Shown in pieces: positions 19,039-28,635 of a DNA stretch of 64,000 bases. Position 1 is the stretch's first letter. Each line of letters starts with the position of its first letter. The notes under the pieces are model-generated. The model saw only the letters and a program-made list of their open reading frames with translations, was not told the origin of the DNA and ran no database searches. The stretch lies in IMG/VR virus record IMGVR_UViG_3300036770_007547, positions 1-64,000 of that record. The stretch is one strand, 5' to 3'. The translations under genes and the position numbers were made by a program.

Positions 19039-19945
19039 GTTCTCTCCAAAGATCCAAGGTCACACAGTGGGGGCCACCGCCCAAAGTGCGGCAATGTCGC
19101 ATGGGTGTAAGGATCACATCAAACCCATGGGCTTCGAGTTGCCGTGCCAGCGGCACCTGTATGCTGTCCATGATCACTGTGCGGGCATCGATGCTGAACA
19201 CGTTCATGCCCACCCAAGCACTGCAATAAGGATAGTGGTGGAATTCTCTTGATTGGATGTCATCGACCCAGATCTTGTCCCAGTTTTTCAACACCGATGG
19301 TAGATTGTGTTCGTTGACGCGACTGGCATTGAGCATGACCACGCCCTCGCGCAAGGCCAGTATGGTGCTGTCGATGTGTACACCTTGATAGAAGTCACAC
19401 GCATGTATTCGTTTGTGCGGAAAGGTTTCCTGCAACCAAGTTATGGCAGCATCGTTGCCACTGCGGCTGCGGAGCACCAACCAATCATCGTTGAGACGGC
19501 ACACATTGGCAGCATCTAAACAAAGACCTTGATCTCGGGGCATGGTGATCAATGGTGCTGTAAGGAGAAATCTGTGTAGATTGTGTATTTCTTGATCACG
19601 GCAAGGATACATCATGGCCACATCTACCACGGTGGTATCGGCCACCAGTACTCGATCTCGCGGACAATAGTTGTACATGCCATCGGTGAGAGAAAAATCT
19701 TGGGGTTCGGGGCGATGCACTCGCACACCAGCATCGATCAACAACTTACAAAAAACCTCTAGATCTTGATTGGCTTCGTCTACGATCCAAGACGGTACCG
19801 GTCCCGATGGCACCGGGGCGTCGATCCATGATGTGAGTTCGGATTCACGAGAAAAAACTGGATCATGCTTGGGCCAATGGCTGCCCCAGGCCGAACCCAC
19901 TATGACTTCTCGCAGTTTGTCCCATTCGTTGCTGCTGGATATCAT
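19031..19945 (-). CDS. amidinotransferase (glycine/inosamine-phosphate amidinotransferase family)
   Basis: NEWDKLREVIVG, YCPRD, DAAN, HIDST, LGGGPHCVT. Confidence 0.9.
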   Translation of the reverse strand: MISSSNEWDKLREVIVGSAWGSHWPKHDPVFSRESELTSWIDAPVPSGPVPSWIVDEANQDLEVFCKLLIDAGVRVHRPEPQDFSLTDGMYNYCPRDRVLVADTTVVDVAMMYPCRDQEIHNLHRFLLTAPLITMPRDQGLCLDAANVCRLNDDWLVLRSRSGNDAAITWLQETFPHKRIHACDFYQGVHIDSTILALREGVVMLNASRVNEHNLPSVLKNWDKIWVDDIQSREFHHYPYCSAWVGMNVFSIDARTVIMDSIQVPLARQLEAHGFDVILTPMRHCRTLGGGPHCVTLDLWREHG

Positions 19946-20475
19946 ACATTCTCCCGTGATATCACACCGGTGATCTGGAGGGTATAACGATGTGTGCGCC
20001 CCAGGTTGGCTGCGAGATGCGGTGTGCTTCCGTGCCAGTACACCCCATCTCCGGCCTGCCAACCAGTGATGGGAGTGCCGTCTATTTCAAAATAATGACC
20101 GCTCTGCCAGGGTTCCATGAACAACACATATCTCCGTATGGTGTTTGTGTCTGACACATCATAGATGTTGCGAAACTTGCTGTAGGTGTCGCTGTGTTCG
20201 GGCAGAACATCTCCAGATCTCATGCGATACAGAGACCAGCTCCAGTGTCGCATGGGTATCTGTTCCCGTATCTGTTGCATCCAGCTTGGTTCACTGCGGC
20301 GCATGTCGTAGAGATCTCCAGTGAACCGGGTCTGGGTGAACCCCAGCCCCCGCCATTCGAGTGTGTCACTGGGGTTGTTGAATTCTTCGTGATCATACTC
20401 AAGCTCGCGATGGCTCAGTGCCCAGACCGGATCTAGATAGATCCTACCAAACTCAGCTTGCTCGGGTATTACCAT
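19942..20475 (-). CDS. 2OG-Fe(II) oxygenase-like protein
   Basis: PEHSD, PHLAAN, RYTLQITG. Confidence 0.75.
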   Translation of the reverse strand: MVIPEQAEFGRIYLDPVWALSHRELEYDHEEFNNPSDTLEWRGLGFTQTRFTGDLYDMRRSEPSWMQQIREQIPMRHWSWSLYRMRSGDVLPEHSDTYSKFRNIYDVSDTNTIRRYVLFMEPWQSGHYFEIDGTPITGWQAGDGVYWHGSTPHLAANLGRTHRYTLQITGVISRENV

Positions 20476-21694
20476 AATGGATCACTGTCATGCCCGGCAT
20501 GTCGGGCATCTGGCGCCAGGGATCAACGATCACCGAGCCTGGCAAAAATTCAAAGTAGTTGCGATCTTCGCCTTGCTCGCCGGTATAACCATATGTGATG
20601 TTGCGATTGTGCGCCATCAGGATCACTGCGGGTTTGGTAAATGTGGACATCACGCCAGTGTCATCGTCGGCCAAGGGATCTACATAGAACACCCCACGCC
20701 CGTGACGCTCTACATAATGTCCCACCAAAGTGGAATATGATCCGATGCAATAGGGAACATCGGGCTTGTAGGCCTTGCCATGTATCACGATGGGCAGATT
20801 GCCGTTTTCTTCGCTGGTGCGCACCAAGAAGTTGGCAAGATTCTGGGCTTGTATCTCTCGGGCATGCATGATGGTGTCAAACATGTCATAACCGAGATCG
20901 TATTCTTTGGCCAGCCAGCGCAGAGCGATGTTGTCCCGGGGATGGCATGCACCAGCATCACCCATGCCTGCGGTCATGTACTTGGGTCCCATGATACGCA
21001 TGGTGCTCTGGGCCAAGGCGTCTGTGACAACATCTACATTGATGTTGCCGATCCTCATGGCAAAGTCCTGGATCATGTTGACGATGCCCACCTTGGCCGA
21101 AATGAATGTGTTGTAGAAGATCTTGATGGCTTCGCACTCGTCCCAGGTTCCTGTCACGTATCTAGGATCGTTTTGCATGAGCGGCTGATAGATGTCGATG
21201 AGTTCCTGCATTTCGGCAGGGTCACCGCTTTCGCTGCCGATCATCACCATCTCAGGGTTGACCATGTCCCACTTCACTGATCCCATGGCGATGAGATAGG
21301 GATTGTACAGGAACTGATGCTTTTTGTTCAACAACGATGCAAAATGCCGGCGTGTGGTGCCAGGTAGCACCGTGGAAATCAACACCACTCGCTTGGGCGA
21401 GTCTGCGTATTGATTCACTGCCACCAGACTGTCTTTCACGGCCTGATGGCCAAAATCTCTTGGTTCCATGTGGCTACTGGGCACACTGCCATCATAGCCT
21501 TGTTCGTGTGGAGTGGGCACAGCGATGAAGATCCAATCACTTTCTCTCACAGTTTCTTCGATGCTACAAACCTTGACCGATTCGCTGCTGCGTGGGTAAA
21601 TATCGTACCCGCGCACAGTATACTGTTCTGCGAACACTTCGGCGCAATCCAGGCCAAGTTTACCAAGACCGATAAATCCAATATTTTTAGACAT
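20453..21694 (-). CDS. UDP-glucose/GDP-mannose 6-dehydrogenase family
   Basis: GLGKLG, IAVPTP, STVLPGT, KIFYN, GACHPRD, AYKPD. Confidence 0.93.
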   Translation of the reverse strand: MSKNIGFIGLGKLGLDCAEVFAEQYTVRGYDIYPRSSESVKVCSIEETVRESDWIFIAVPTPHEQGYDGSVPSSHMEPRDFGHQAVKDSLVAVNQYADSPKRVVLISTVLPGTTRRHFASLLNKKHQFLYNPYLIAMGSVKWDMVNPEMVMIGSESGDPAEMQELIDIYQPLMQNDPRYVTGTWDECEAIKIFYNTFISAKVGIVNMIQDFAMRIGNINVDVVTDALAQSTMRIMGPKYMTAGMGDAGACHPRDNIALRWLAKEYDLGYDMFDTIMHAREIQAQNLANFLVRTSEENGNLPIVIHGKAYKPDVPYCIGSYSTLVGHYVERHGRGVFYVDPLADDDTGVMSTFTKPAVILMAHNRNITYGYTGEQGEDRNYFEFLPGSVIVDPWRQMPDMPGMTVIHYGNTRAS

Positions 21695-23003
21695 GAATAT
21701 TCCTTTTGATGAAATCTATAACTTTCTCAATCGTATCACACATGATGACACAATAATTTATCGCTTTTTTCCGCATGGCAGCAAAAAACTACTGGACCTG
21801 GGAGAGCTGTGTGACAGCGGGCGAGATTGGACCGATTGGAACGACAGCCGATTCATGATCATGCACGATCAAGAGCCCTTGGATTTCGATGCTCATGCAC
21901 CCGACCACATCATCTCGGTGTTGCCCCAGTGGTTGCATCGACATGTGCCGGCCCTGGGATGGTACGGCGAAAATCAAAGATTCATCAGCGAGATCGCGCA
22001 ATACAATCTCGCCGCACTGTGCTTTTTGGTCACCAGCGATGTCAATTTGATCTGTCACAGCGAAAAGAACAGCCAGCATGTGCGACGGTATCGAAACATT
22101 GGACTCGAACCAGTGTACTATTGGAGCCATGCCATGATCGCTAGAGACTGGTATCGCTATGCCTGGCACGATCCTGCACTGCAATATCACGAACCGTATC
22201 AGCGCGATTTCTTGATCTACAATCGTGCTTGGTCGGGTAGCCGAGAATATCGCCTCAAGTTCGCAGATCTCGTGATAGAGTCGGGCTTGGTCAGCACCTC
22301 GCACATGGGATTCGCGCCCACTGATCAAGGTGGCAGCTATCTCGATCACCGATTCCACAATCATGATTTCAAGCCCACCAATGATCTCACAGTGTTGCCG
22401 TTGAATACCAGCACCCCGGATCACAGTGCCACATATGACTGGCGCGACTATCAACGCTGTTGGTGGGAGGTGGTGTTGGAAACTTTGTTTGATGATCCTC
22501 GTCATCATCTCACCGAAAAGATCTTGCGACCCATAGCCTGTGGCAAACCATTTATACTGGCTGCCACCCCGGGCAGTCTCGGATATCTAAGAGAGTATGG
22601 GTTCAAGACCTTTGACGGAATCATCGACGAGGGCTATGACAGCATCGTTGATCCTTTGTCGAGACTGCATGCCATCATCAAAACCATGAAAAGCATACAG
22701 AGCTGGGATCAACAGCAACGCAGCTACTATCATGGACGCCTGCAAGAAATATGCGCCCACAACAAAGAACTGTTTTTCAGTGATCGATTTTATCAGCATG
22801 TGTTGGGCGAATTCAAGCACAACTATGATGTTGCCGTTACAGTCAGCCGGCAACATCACCGAGGTCAGCGTTGGAAGATGGCGAGACGGTGGCTTTCAAG
22901 CCACCACCAGCACCGTCTTCGATTGGTCAGCGACAACGAACGCCGCACGCGAGACGACATCAAGAATTTGTTGCTGCGGTGCCATCACCGCGGCGATCAA
23001 TGA
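21693..23003 (+). CDS. GT10-like (GT-B) glycosyltransferase, paralog 1
   Basis: ET...LTEKILRPIA..KPFI...GFKTF..IDEGYD. Confidence 0.65.
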   Translation: MNIPFDEIYNFLNRITHDDTIIYRFFPHGSKKLLDLGELCDSGRDWTDWNDSRFMIMHDQEPLDFDAHAPDHIISVLPQWLHRHVPALGWYGENQRFISEIAQYNLAALCFLVTSDVNLICHSEKNSQHVRRYRNIGLEPVYYWSHAMIARDWYRYAWHDPALQYHEPYQRDFLIYNRAWSGSREYRLKFADLVIESGLVSTSHMGFAPTDQGGSYLDHRFHNHDFKPTNDLTVLPLNTSTPDHSATYDWRDYQRCWWEVVLETLFDDPRHHLTEKILRPIACGKPFILAATPGSLGYLREYGFKTFDGIIDEGYDSIVDPLSRLHAIIKTMKSIQSWDQQQRSYYHGRLQEICAHNKELFFSDRFYQHVLGEFKHNYDVAVTVSRQHHRGQRWKMARRWLSSHHQHRLRLVSDNERRTRDDIKNLLLRCHHRGDQ

Positions 23004-23343
23004 TACCATCCCAGCCATCACCGGGTGGTTCTTGCTTGAATTGTTCGATCCTGCGTGCCAGTTCCTGATAAAATGAAGCCAGTTCTCCACGCCACTTGGG
23101 AGTGAGATGCTCCAAGGCTTGCTCGCAAAAATTCCAGTTCTGTGAACGATAGTTCTTGAGCAGGTTGCTGTGCAGCTCTCGGAAATGATTGACCATGGGT
23201 ATTTCGTCCAGGTCCAGGCTGTCGACCACGCAGTATGCAGTGGTTGGTTGGTCAGCGTTGGGCAGCAGAAATGTGTCAAGTTCCAATACCACGTAGCGCT
23301 CGTCCACGTCTTCGAGTTTGTCTTTACCAAATATTATGTTCAT
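22960..23343 (-). CDS. hypothetical protein resembling the C-terminal helical domain of class III adenylate cyclases
   Basis: YRSQNW...FY..L..RI..F...PP..WDG pattern; no catalytic domain seen. Confidence 0.55.
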   Translation of the reverse strand: MNIIFGKDKLEDVDERYVVLELDTFLLPNADQPTTAYCVVDSLDLDEIPMVNHFRELHSNLLKNYRSQNWNFCEQALEHLTPKWRGELASFYQELARRIEQFKQEPPGDGWDGIIDRRGDGTAATNS

Positions 23344-23369
23344 GTGTTTGACCTTTTAAATATGTACCT

Positions 23370-24161
23370 ATGCAATTTGCCTTTGATCTAATTTCAGACC
23401 TACATGTGGACAGCTGGCGCCAGAGCCTGGACTGGGAACACCAAGCCACGAGTCCTGTGTGCATTATAGCAGGAAATGTCACGGGAGATCAAGCCGAGCT
23501 ACACCGTACACTCACCGACATATCCAAATGCTACAAAGCCACTATCTACATCGACGGCGAAGGCGAGCACATCAACGATTGCAGCGACATCGGCCGCAAC
23601 TATCACGACATAGATCGGTTGTGCCAATCCATAAACAATCTCGTGTATCTACAGGACAACTGTGTGATCATGAACGGGGTGGCGGTGATCGGAACCAATG
23701 GTTGGTGGACCTGGGACTTTGATCCCGACATCGATGTCGATCAAGCTCAGGCCTGGTTTTGTCATACCACGCATCATCACACCAACGTCACTGAAGTGAT
23801 ATCCAATCTGGCCAACAGCGAGGCCAAGTATCTCTCCAGCTCGGTGTTGAAACTGCAAAGACATCCCGAGGTGCGCAAGATCGTGGTGGTCACGAATTGT
23901 GTGCCCTATCATTGCTTGATCGAACACGACCAAGACCTACGATCGAAATATGATGTGGGAGTGATCGGCAACAAATGGATGCGGCAGGTGATTGGCAACG
24001 ATCTCGAGAGCAAGATCAGTCATTGGTGCGTGGGACGATATCCTGGCATGTTTGACAAGGTCATCGATGGTGTGAGATTTGTCAGCAACCCCCGAGGACA
24101 TGCACAAGCATCGTGGAACCAAACAGTTTATTTTCCACGACGCTTTGAGATTGATATCTAG
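23370..24161 (+). CDS. metallophosphoesterase-like protein with degenerate motifs
   Basis: SDLH retained; AGN for GD; DGEGEH for GNHE; SNPRG. Confidence 0.75.
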   Translation: MQFAFDLISDLHVDSWRQSLDWEHQATSPVCIIAGNVTGDQAELHRTLTDISKCYKATIYIDGEGEHINDCSDIGRNYHDIDRLCQSINNLVYLQDNCVIMNGVAVIGTNGWWTWDFDPDIDVDQAQAWFCHTTHHHTNVTEVISNLANSEAKYLSSSVLKLQRHPEVRKIVVVTNCVPYHCLIEHDQDLRSKYDVGVIGNKWMRQVIGNDLESKISHWCVGRYPGMFDKVIDGVRFVSNPRGHAQASWNQTVYFPRRFEIDI

Positions 24162-24472
24162 ACTTCTTCGGGCTCGAGTTTGATTTGCAAGGGATGGCCT
24201 TGGTTCCGAGCAGCATGAGTGATCTCGATGCCTTTTTGTTCGGCCACTTCGTAGGGCAACACTGCCACCACTGCTGAACCAGACTGATGTATGTCATGCG
24301 TGATCTGGGTGGCTGTGTCCAAGGTATATTCGAAATGCTCGATAAGGCTTTCGATTACAAATTCTATCGTGGTCTGATTGTCATTCATGTAGATGACCTT
24401 GAACATCGACGGCTCTTTGACGCCAAGCACAGCACGGGTTTTGATTTTTGTATTCGCGTCCAATTGTGACAT
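24158..24472 (-). CDS. clpS: Clp protease adaptor ClpS
   Basis: KVIYMNDNQTTIEFV, IHQSGSAVV, EVAEQK, HPLQ. Confidence 0.93.
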   Translation of the reverse strand: MSQLDANTKIKTRAVLGVKEPSMFKVIYMNDNQTTIEFVIESLIEHFEYTLDTATQITHDIHQSGSAVVAVLPYEVAEQKGIEITHAARNQGHPLQIKLEPEEV

Positions 24473-24513
24473 ATGGATTCCTCAGAAGTGGGCCCGAGTG
24501 GGCCCACTGTTAT

Positions 24514-24963
24514 TTAAGCCTTGTTGTTTTCGGATTGATACGCGATGGAGATCTTGCGTGGTTTCATCGCTTCGGGTACCACTCGTTCCAGCTTGATCCT
24601 CAAAATACCTTCCTGCATTTCCGCCGATTGCACTTCTACATAATCGGCAAGAGTGAACGTGCGGGTGAAGCTGCGACTGGAAATACCATGATGCAGATAC
24701 TCCACGTTTTCTTCCACACCAGCACCGTTGCCTTGGATGGTGAGGCGTCCTTCATGGAATTCTACCTCGATGTCGCCTTGACGGAATCCGGCTGCGGCCA
24801 CTCGGATCTCATAGCTGTCATCCCCGGTCTTGACGATGTCATAGGGAGGGTAGTTGTTGCCGGCAGCAGAATCGATCTGATTGGTGATGCGATCAAACAA
24901 TCGATCCACACCGATGGTGTTGCGATAAAACGGGGAAAGGTCAAACGCTGTGATTTTAGTCAT
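24514..24963 (-). CDS. small heat-shock protein Hsp20 (IbpA-like)
   Basis: YPPYDI, AAAGF, YLHHGIS.RSF.R.F.LA, GILRI. Confidence 0.95.
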   Translation of the reverse strand: MTKITAFDLSPFYRNTIGVDRLFDRITNQIDSAAGNNYPPYDIVKTGDDSYEIRVAAAGFRQGDIEVEFHEGRLTIQGNGAGVEENVEYLHHGISSRSFTRTFTLADYVEVQSAEMQEGILRIKLERVVPEAMKPRKISIAYQSENNKA

Positions 24964-25035
24964 GATGTCTTCTCCTTTGTTAAGCAAGTTGACTAATGTG
25001 TAGCCCGACTATCGGCACTACAATGTTATTTATAC
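24964..25035 (-). promoter_or_regulatory. late promoter plus ROSE-like leader of hsp20
   Basis: TATAAATA; hairpin TGTAG...CTACA; CTTGCTTAACAAAGGAGA. Confidence 0.65.
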
Positions 25036-25053
25036 AGCAGATATCGCGAACTG

Positions 25054-25272
25054 TCAAGATTTTCCGGCATTCCTGACTCGGTAATCACAACCAGCCCAGG
25101 TCATAAAAAACAAAGTGAAATGCTCGGGGTAGTTCAGTCCCAGACGGTATTTCAATCCGCGGGCCACTTTGGTGGTAAAAGGCACATGATGTATCCGGGC
25201 CCATTCGCGGACCTGATATTCCAACGTGTCAAAATCGACATCCACATCAAGGATGTCAAACTCAATGTACAC
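25054..25272 (-). CDS. hypothetical protein
   Basis: 72-aa ORF between rpsU and hsp20. Confidence 0.65.
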   Translation of the reverse strand: MYIEFDILDVDVDFDTLEYQVREWARIHHVPFTTKVARGLKYRLGLNYPEHFTLFFMTWAGCDYRVRNAGKS

Positions 25273-25273
25273 T

Positions 25274-25495
25274 CTAGTACATTCTTGGGGGCAGTTGCTG
25301 ACCTTTGATGTAACGCTCCCAGCGTTTTTTGGCCAGGCTTTTGGCGGTCTTGCGACGTGTGGTGGGTTTGACGTAGGTCTCTCGCTCGCGTAGATCCATG
25401 AGCAGACCCGAATTCTGTATCTTCTTCTTGAACTTGCGCAGAGCCTTTTCGACGTTGCCGTCGGTGACTATAACACTTCTTCCATGTAGAGCCAT
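25274..25495 (-). CDS. rpsU: ribosomal protein bS21
   Basis: NVEKALRKFKKK...RERETYVKPT. Confidence 0.92.
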   Translation of the reverse strand: MALHGRSVIVTDGNVEKALRKFKKKIQNSGLLMDLRERETYVKPTTRRKTAKSLAKKRWERYIKGQQLPPRMY

Positions 25496-25505
25496 GATTC
25501 TCCTT

Positions 25506-26702
25506 TTACAATGATGATGGGGTATTTACCAACTCGGTGTCGATATCTACACACTTTATTCCTCGATCGTGATAGTCGCGCAGATGATACATGTGCGGCA
25601 TCAACACTCGCTCGAGCTCGCTGTGCAAGGCACGAGCTCCGGTGCCCGAACCACGAGATCGATCCACCAAGGCTTCCAGCGCCGGCCTTGACAAGTTGAG
25701 ATCCACCCCATCTTGCTGGAAGATCCAACGATACTGATCCACTAGATTGTTGCGCACGTCAGTGAGTATGCGCATCATGTCTTCGCGATCCAAGAGATCG
25801 AGATTTATCACTGTGGGAAATCTTCCCACGAACTCGGGTATCATGCCAAACTTGACCAGGTCGTCGGGTGTCACTGCACTGAGAGACACCGACTTTTTCT
25901 CGGGCAAAGGATTCTGGAATCCCATGCTTGAGCCAATCAATCGACGTTGTATGATGCTTTCCAGCCCCACGAAGGCTCCACCGGCTATGAACAGTATGTT
26001 GGTGGTGTCGATCTCTAGATTCTCTCCGTTGGGATGTTTGCGTCCGGGCTGTGTGGGAACTCGGCATTCGGTGCCCTCTACCAGTTTCAGCAAGGCCTGT
26101 TGCACGCCTTCGCCACTCACGTCTCGGGTGATCGAAGAGCTTTCGCTTTTTCGAGCGATCTTGTCGATCTCGTCCACGAACACGATTCCTCGTTCGGCAC
26201 GTTCGATGTTGTAGTCAGCAGCCGCATACAATCTACTGATCAGACTTTCCACGTCATCGCCCACATATCCGGCTTCGGTGATGGAAGTGGCATCGGCGAT
26301 CACAAAAGGCACATCCAGATACCGAGCCACAGTGCGTGCCAACAGAGTTTTTCCCGAGCCCGTGGGACCCAGCATGAGTATGTTGGCTTTTTGTATTTCC
26401 GGCGATGACTTGTCGCGATTGATACGCTTGTAGTGATTGATCACGCTCACGGCCAACACTATCTTGGCACTGTCTTGACCGATCACATAGTCGTCCAAGA
26501 ACGTCTTGAGCTGTCTGGGATCATGGTTTCTTTGTTCAACCGAATCGTGTGCTTCGGAAGCTTCGGGGTCGGTCAGTAGTTCCTGGCACAATGACACACA
26601 TTCATTGCAGATGGCCGAATTTTCACTGACTATGAGTTTTTGTACTGCGTCCTTGTGCTTGCCGCAGAATGCACAAGAATCAAGTGCTTGCTGTTCTTTC
26701 AC
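25506..26702 (-). CDS. clpX: Clp protease ATPase subunit ClpX
   Basis: C4 zinc domain, GPTGSGKT, DEIDK, RDVSGEGVQQ, RKH, MGF loop, TGARAL. Confidence 0.97.
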   Translation of the reverse strand: MKEQQALDSCAFCGKHKDAVQKLIVSENSAICNECVSLCQELLTDPEASEAHDSVEQRNHDPRQLKTFLDDYVIGQDSAKIVLAVSVINHYKRINRDKSSPEIQKANILMLGPTGSGKTLLARTVARYLDVPFVIADATSITEAGYVGDDVESLISRLYAAADYNIERAERGIVFVDEIDKIARKSESSSITRDVSGEGVQQALLKLVEGTECRVPTQPGRKHPNGENLEIDTTNILFIAGGAFVGLESIIQRRLIGSSMGFQNPLPEKKSVSLSAVTPDDLVKFGMIPEFVGRFPTVINLDLLDREDMMRILTDVRNNLVDQYRWIFQQDGVDLNLSRPALEALVDRSRGSGTGARALHSELERVLMPHMYHLRDYHDRGIKCVDIDTELVNTPSSL

Positions 26703-28327
26703 TGATTCTCCTGATCAAGCCTTTTTTCTATCTGTTGACGTTCGGCATCGGTGAGCAATTCGGGGTCGTATTCACCGGTACTGATCTTGTTGATGAGATG
26801 TTCGATGTAGGCATTGTTGTAACTATAGCTGTCTGTTTGTGATTTGTCAACTTCGATCCATTTCGTACCGTTGAATTTGTAGAGCAAACTCGGCATCTGA
26901 TCGATGCGCACATACATGTCGCCCTTGACGGGGGTTTCGGGCCAAGCTGGACCAAATCCAACATCGCGACGTATGCGTGGATCGTCGAGATATTCCATCC
27001 AGCCTGGCTCGGGTATGCGACCCATGATCACCAGGCGTCGTTGCTCTTTGAGAGTTTTTCCGGGATTGTCGTTTTTCCAAAGATGTTGTGCTTGCTTGAT
27101 CACTGGATCTTCGCTGACCGGATCTTCTTCGGCGATGAAATCAGGCACTGGCGCCAACTCTTGTTGTAGCTGTGCCATGTGTTCGTCGCTCAACGATGCA
27201 GCCTCCGTGGACTCGGTGGGTTTGCTCCAATCGATGTCGGGATTCTGATAAAAGTATTTGCCATTTTCAGGCATCGCTGTGTGTGCTGGTTGTTTTGGCA
27301 CATAAGGTTCGGGTTCTTCGTCCGACACGTCATCCAGCACTTGATAGTCCACTAGACGTGGGGCCACATCTTCTCGAGATTGGTCTCGGGTATCTTGATC
27401 GACCACGGGTGTAGCGTCCAATTCATGAGATCCTTGGTCATCATGTACGGCATCCACATCCAAATCTTTGTCAACACTGGTATCATTAGCGGGTGCATCT
27501 GGAGTCTCCGGTTCGGTAACGATGGCTGCTTTTCTTTCCCGGTGCCATTTCAGGCTTTCGGTGGCGGCCAGCAACATCATGATGGCCAGTGGATCAAACA
27601 CTGCCACCAATAATACAATCATCCATCTCACTGCACGTTCCAGGAGATTCTCATCGGGATTGTCGCCGTAAAGCAAAGCGGCCACATAACGTATGGGACC
27701 GACTTCGGCCTCGATCTTTCTCAGATCTCGTGCCATGGGCGCTTTCTCTTCCTGGAGTTTTACTATGCGAGCCTGTGCGGCTTCGATGGTGCGAGTGAGA
27801 TTGTCTCGGTCTCGGGCCTGGCTGCGGCGCACAGCAAGAGCACGCTCAGCCGAACTTTGGGTATAGGTGCTTCCATCTCGACGAGTTATCTCTCGATCAT
27901 TGCCGGCCGATTGGATTCCGATCACTGCGTCATCCAATTGCTTGATCAGCGATCGTGCGTTTTCGATGGTGTCTCGCTCGTTTTTTATTTTCTCATCTAT
28001 CAGCGCGACCTGTGCGGCCACATCACCGGTGGGCACAGCTTGATCTAGGTGTGCTTTTGACAAAAATCCAAAAATTCCCATGCTGGTGATCAGCATGAGT
28101 GCTGCCACTGCGGGCACCAAATACAACTTCATGGCCAACTTGCACTGGCCCCAATGTTCGTGCAGCCAAACCGTGACCACCAGTTTGGCAGCTTCCAGCA
28201 CACCACCCATGATGATGATGGGCAACACCGAGGCCGAAAATATAGCCGTCAAGCCCACTATGCTGTAAAATGCGGCGATGACGCTCAAGGCCAGCGCCAC
28301 CAAGAACATGAGTGCAGTCAGGATCAT
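26699..28327 (-). CDS. membrane protein with long coiled coil and acidic linker
   Basis: Three N-terminal TMs, coiled coil, fourth TM; TAAATA 5 nt before ATG. Confidence 0.8.
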   Translation of the reverse strand: MILTALMFLVALALSVIAAFYSIVGLTAIFSASVLPIIIMGGVLEAAKLVVTVWLHEHWGQCKLAMKLYLVPAVAALMLITSMGIFGFLSKAHLDQAVPTGDVAAQVALIDEKIKNERDTIENARSLIKQLDDAVIGIQSAGNDREITRRDGSTYTQSSAERALAVRRSQARDRDNLTRTIEAAQARIVKLQEEKAPMARDLRKIEAEVGPIRYVAALLYGDNPDENLLERAVRWMIVLLVAVFDPLAIMMLLAATESLKWHRERKAAIVTEPETPDAPANDTSVDKDLDVDAVHDDQGSHELDATPVVDQDTRDQSREDVAPRLVDYQVLDDVSDEEPEPYVPKQPAHTAMPENGKYFYQNPDIDWSKPTESTEAASLSDEHMAQLQQELAPVPDFIAEEDPVSEDPVIKQAQHLWKNDNPGKTLKEQRRLVIMGRIPEPGWMEYLDDPRIRRDVGFGPAWPETPVKGDMYVRIDQMPSLLYKFNGTKWIEVDKSQTDSYSYNNAYIEHLINKISTGEYDPELLTDAERQQIEKRLDQENQ

Positions 28328-28331
28328 AAGA

Positions 28332-28613
28332 TTATTTATCGCTTCTTGGGTGGTTATCACTGCTTACAATAACCGCTAGCTTGGTGGCCACCCAAGTGGC
28401 CCAGCGCTCATCGGGCACGTCGAACCATACCGGTATCACCCCATGATTGTGAACGAGTTTGCGGCGCACTCGGGGCTGTGTGTGCCACTGGCTGCCGAAC
28501 CAATCCCGGCACTCGCGCATCACAGCATACCACTGTTCGATGGTATGTACCCACACATAGAATCGGTGCAGATCCGGGGTCGTTTTTTTAAGTGAGCTAG
28601 ATTCCATCGACAT
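28332..28613 (-). CDS. Trp-rich hypothetical protein
   Basis: ORF directly downstream of the structured RNA; start uncertain. Confidence 0.65.
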   Translation of the reverse strand: MSMESSSLKKTTPDLHRFYVWVHTIEQWYAVMRECRDWFGSQWHTQPRVRRKLVHNHGVIPVWFDVPDERWATWVATKLAVIVSSDNHPRSDK

Positions 28614-28635
28614 GACAATCAGAGATCTCTGTAAC

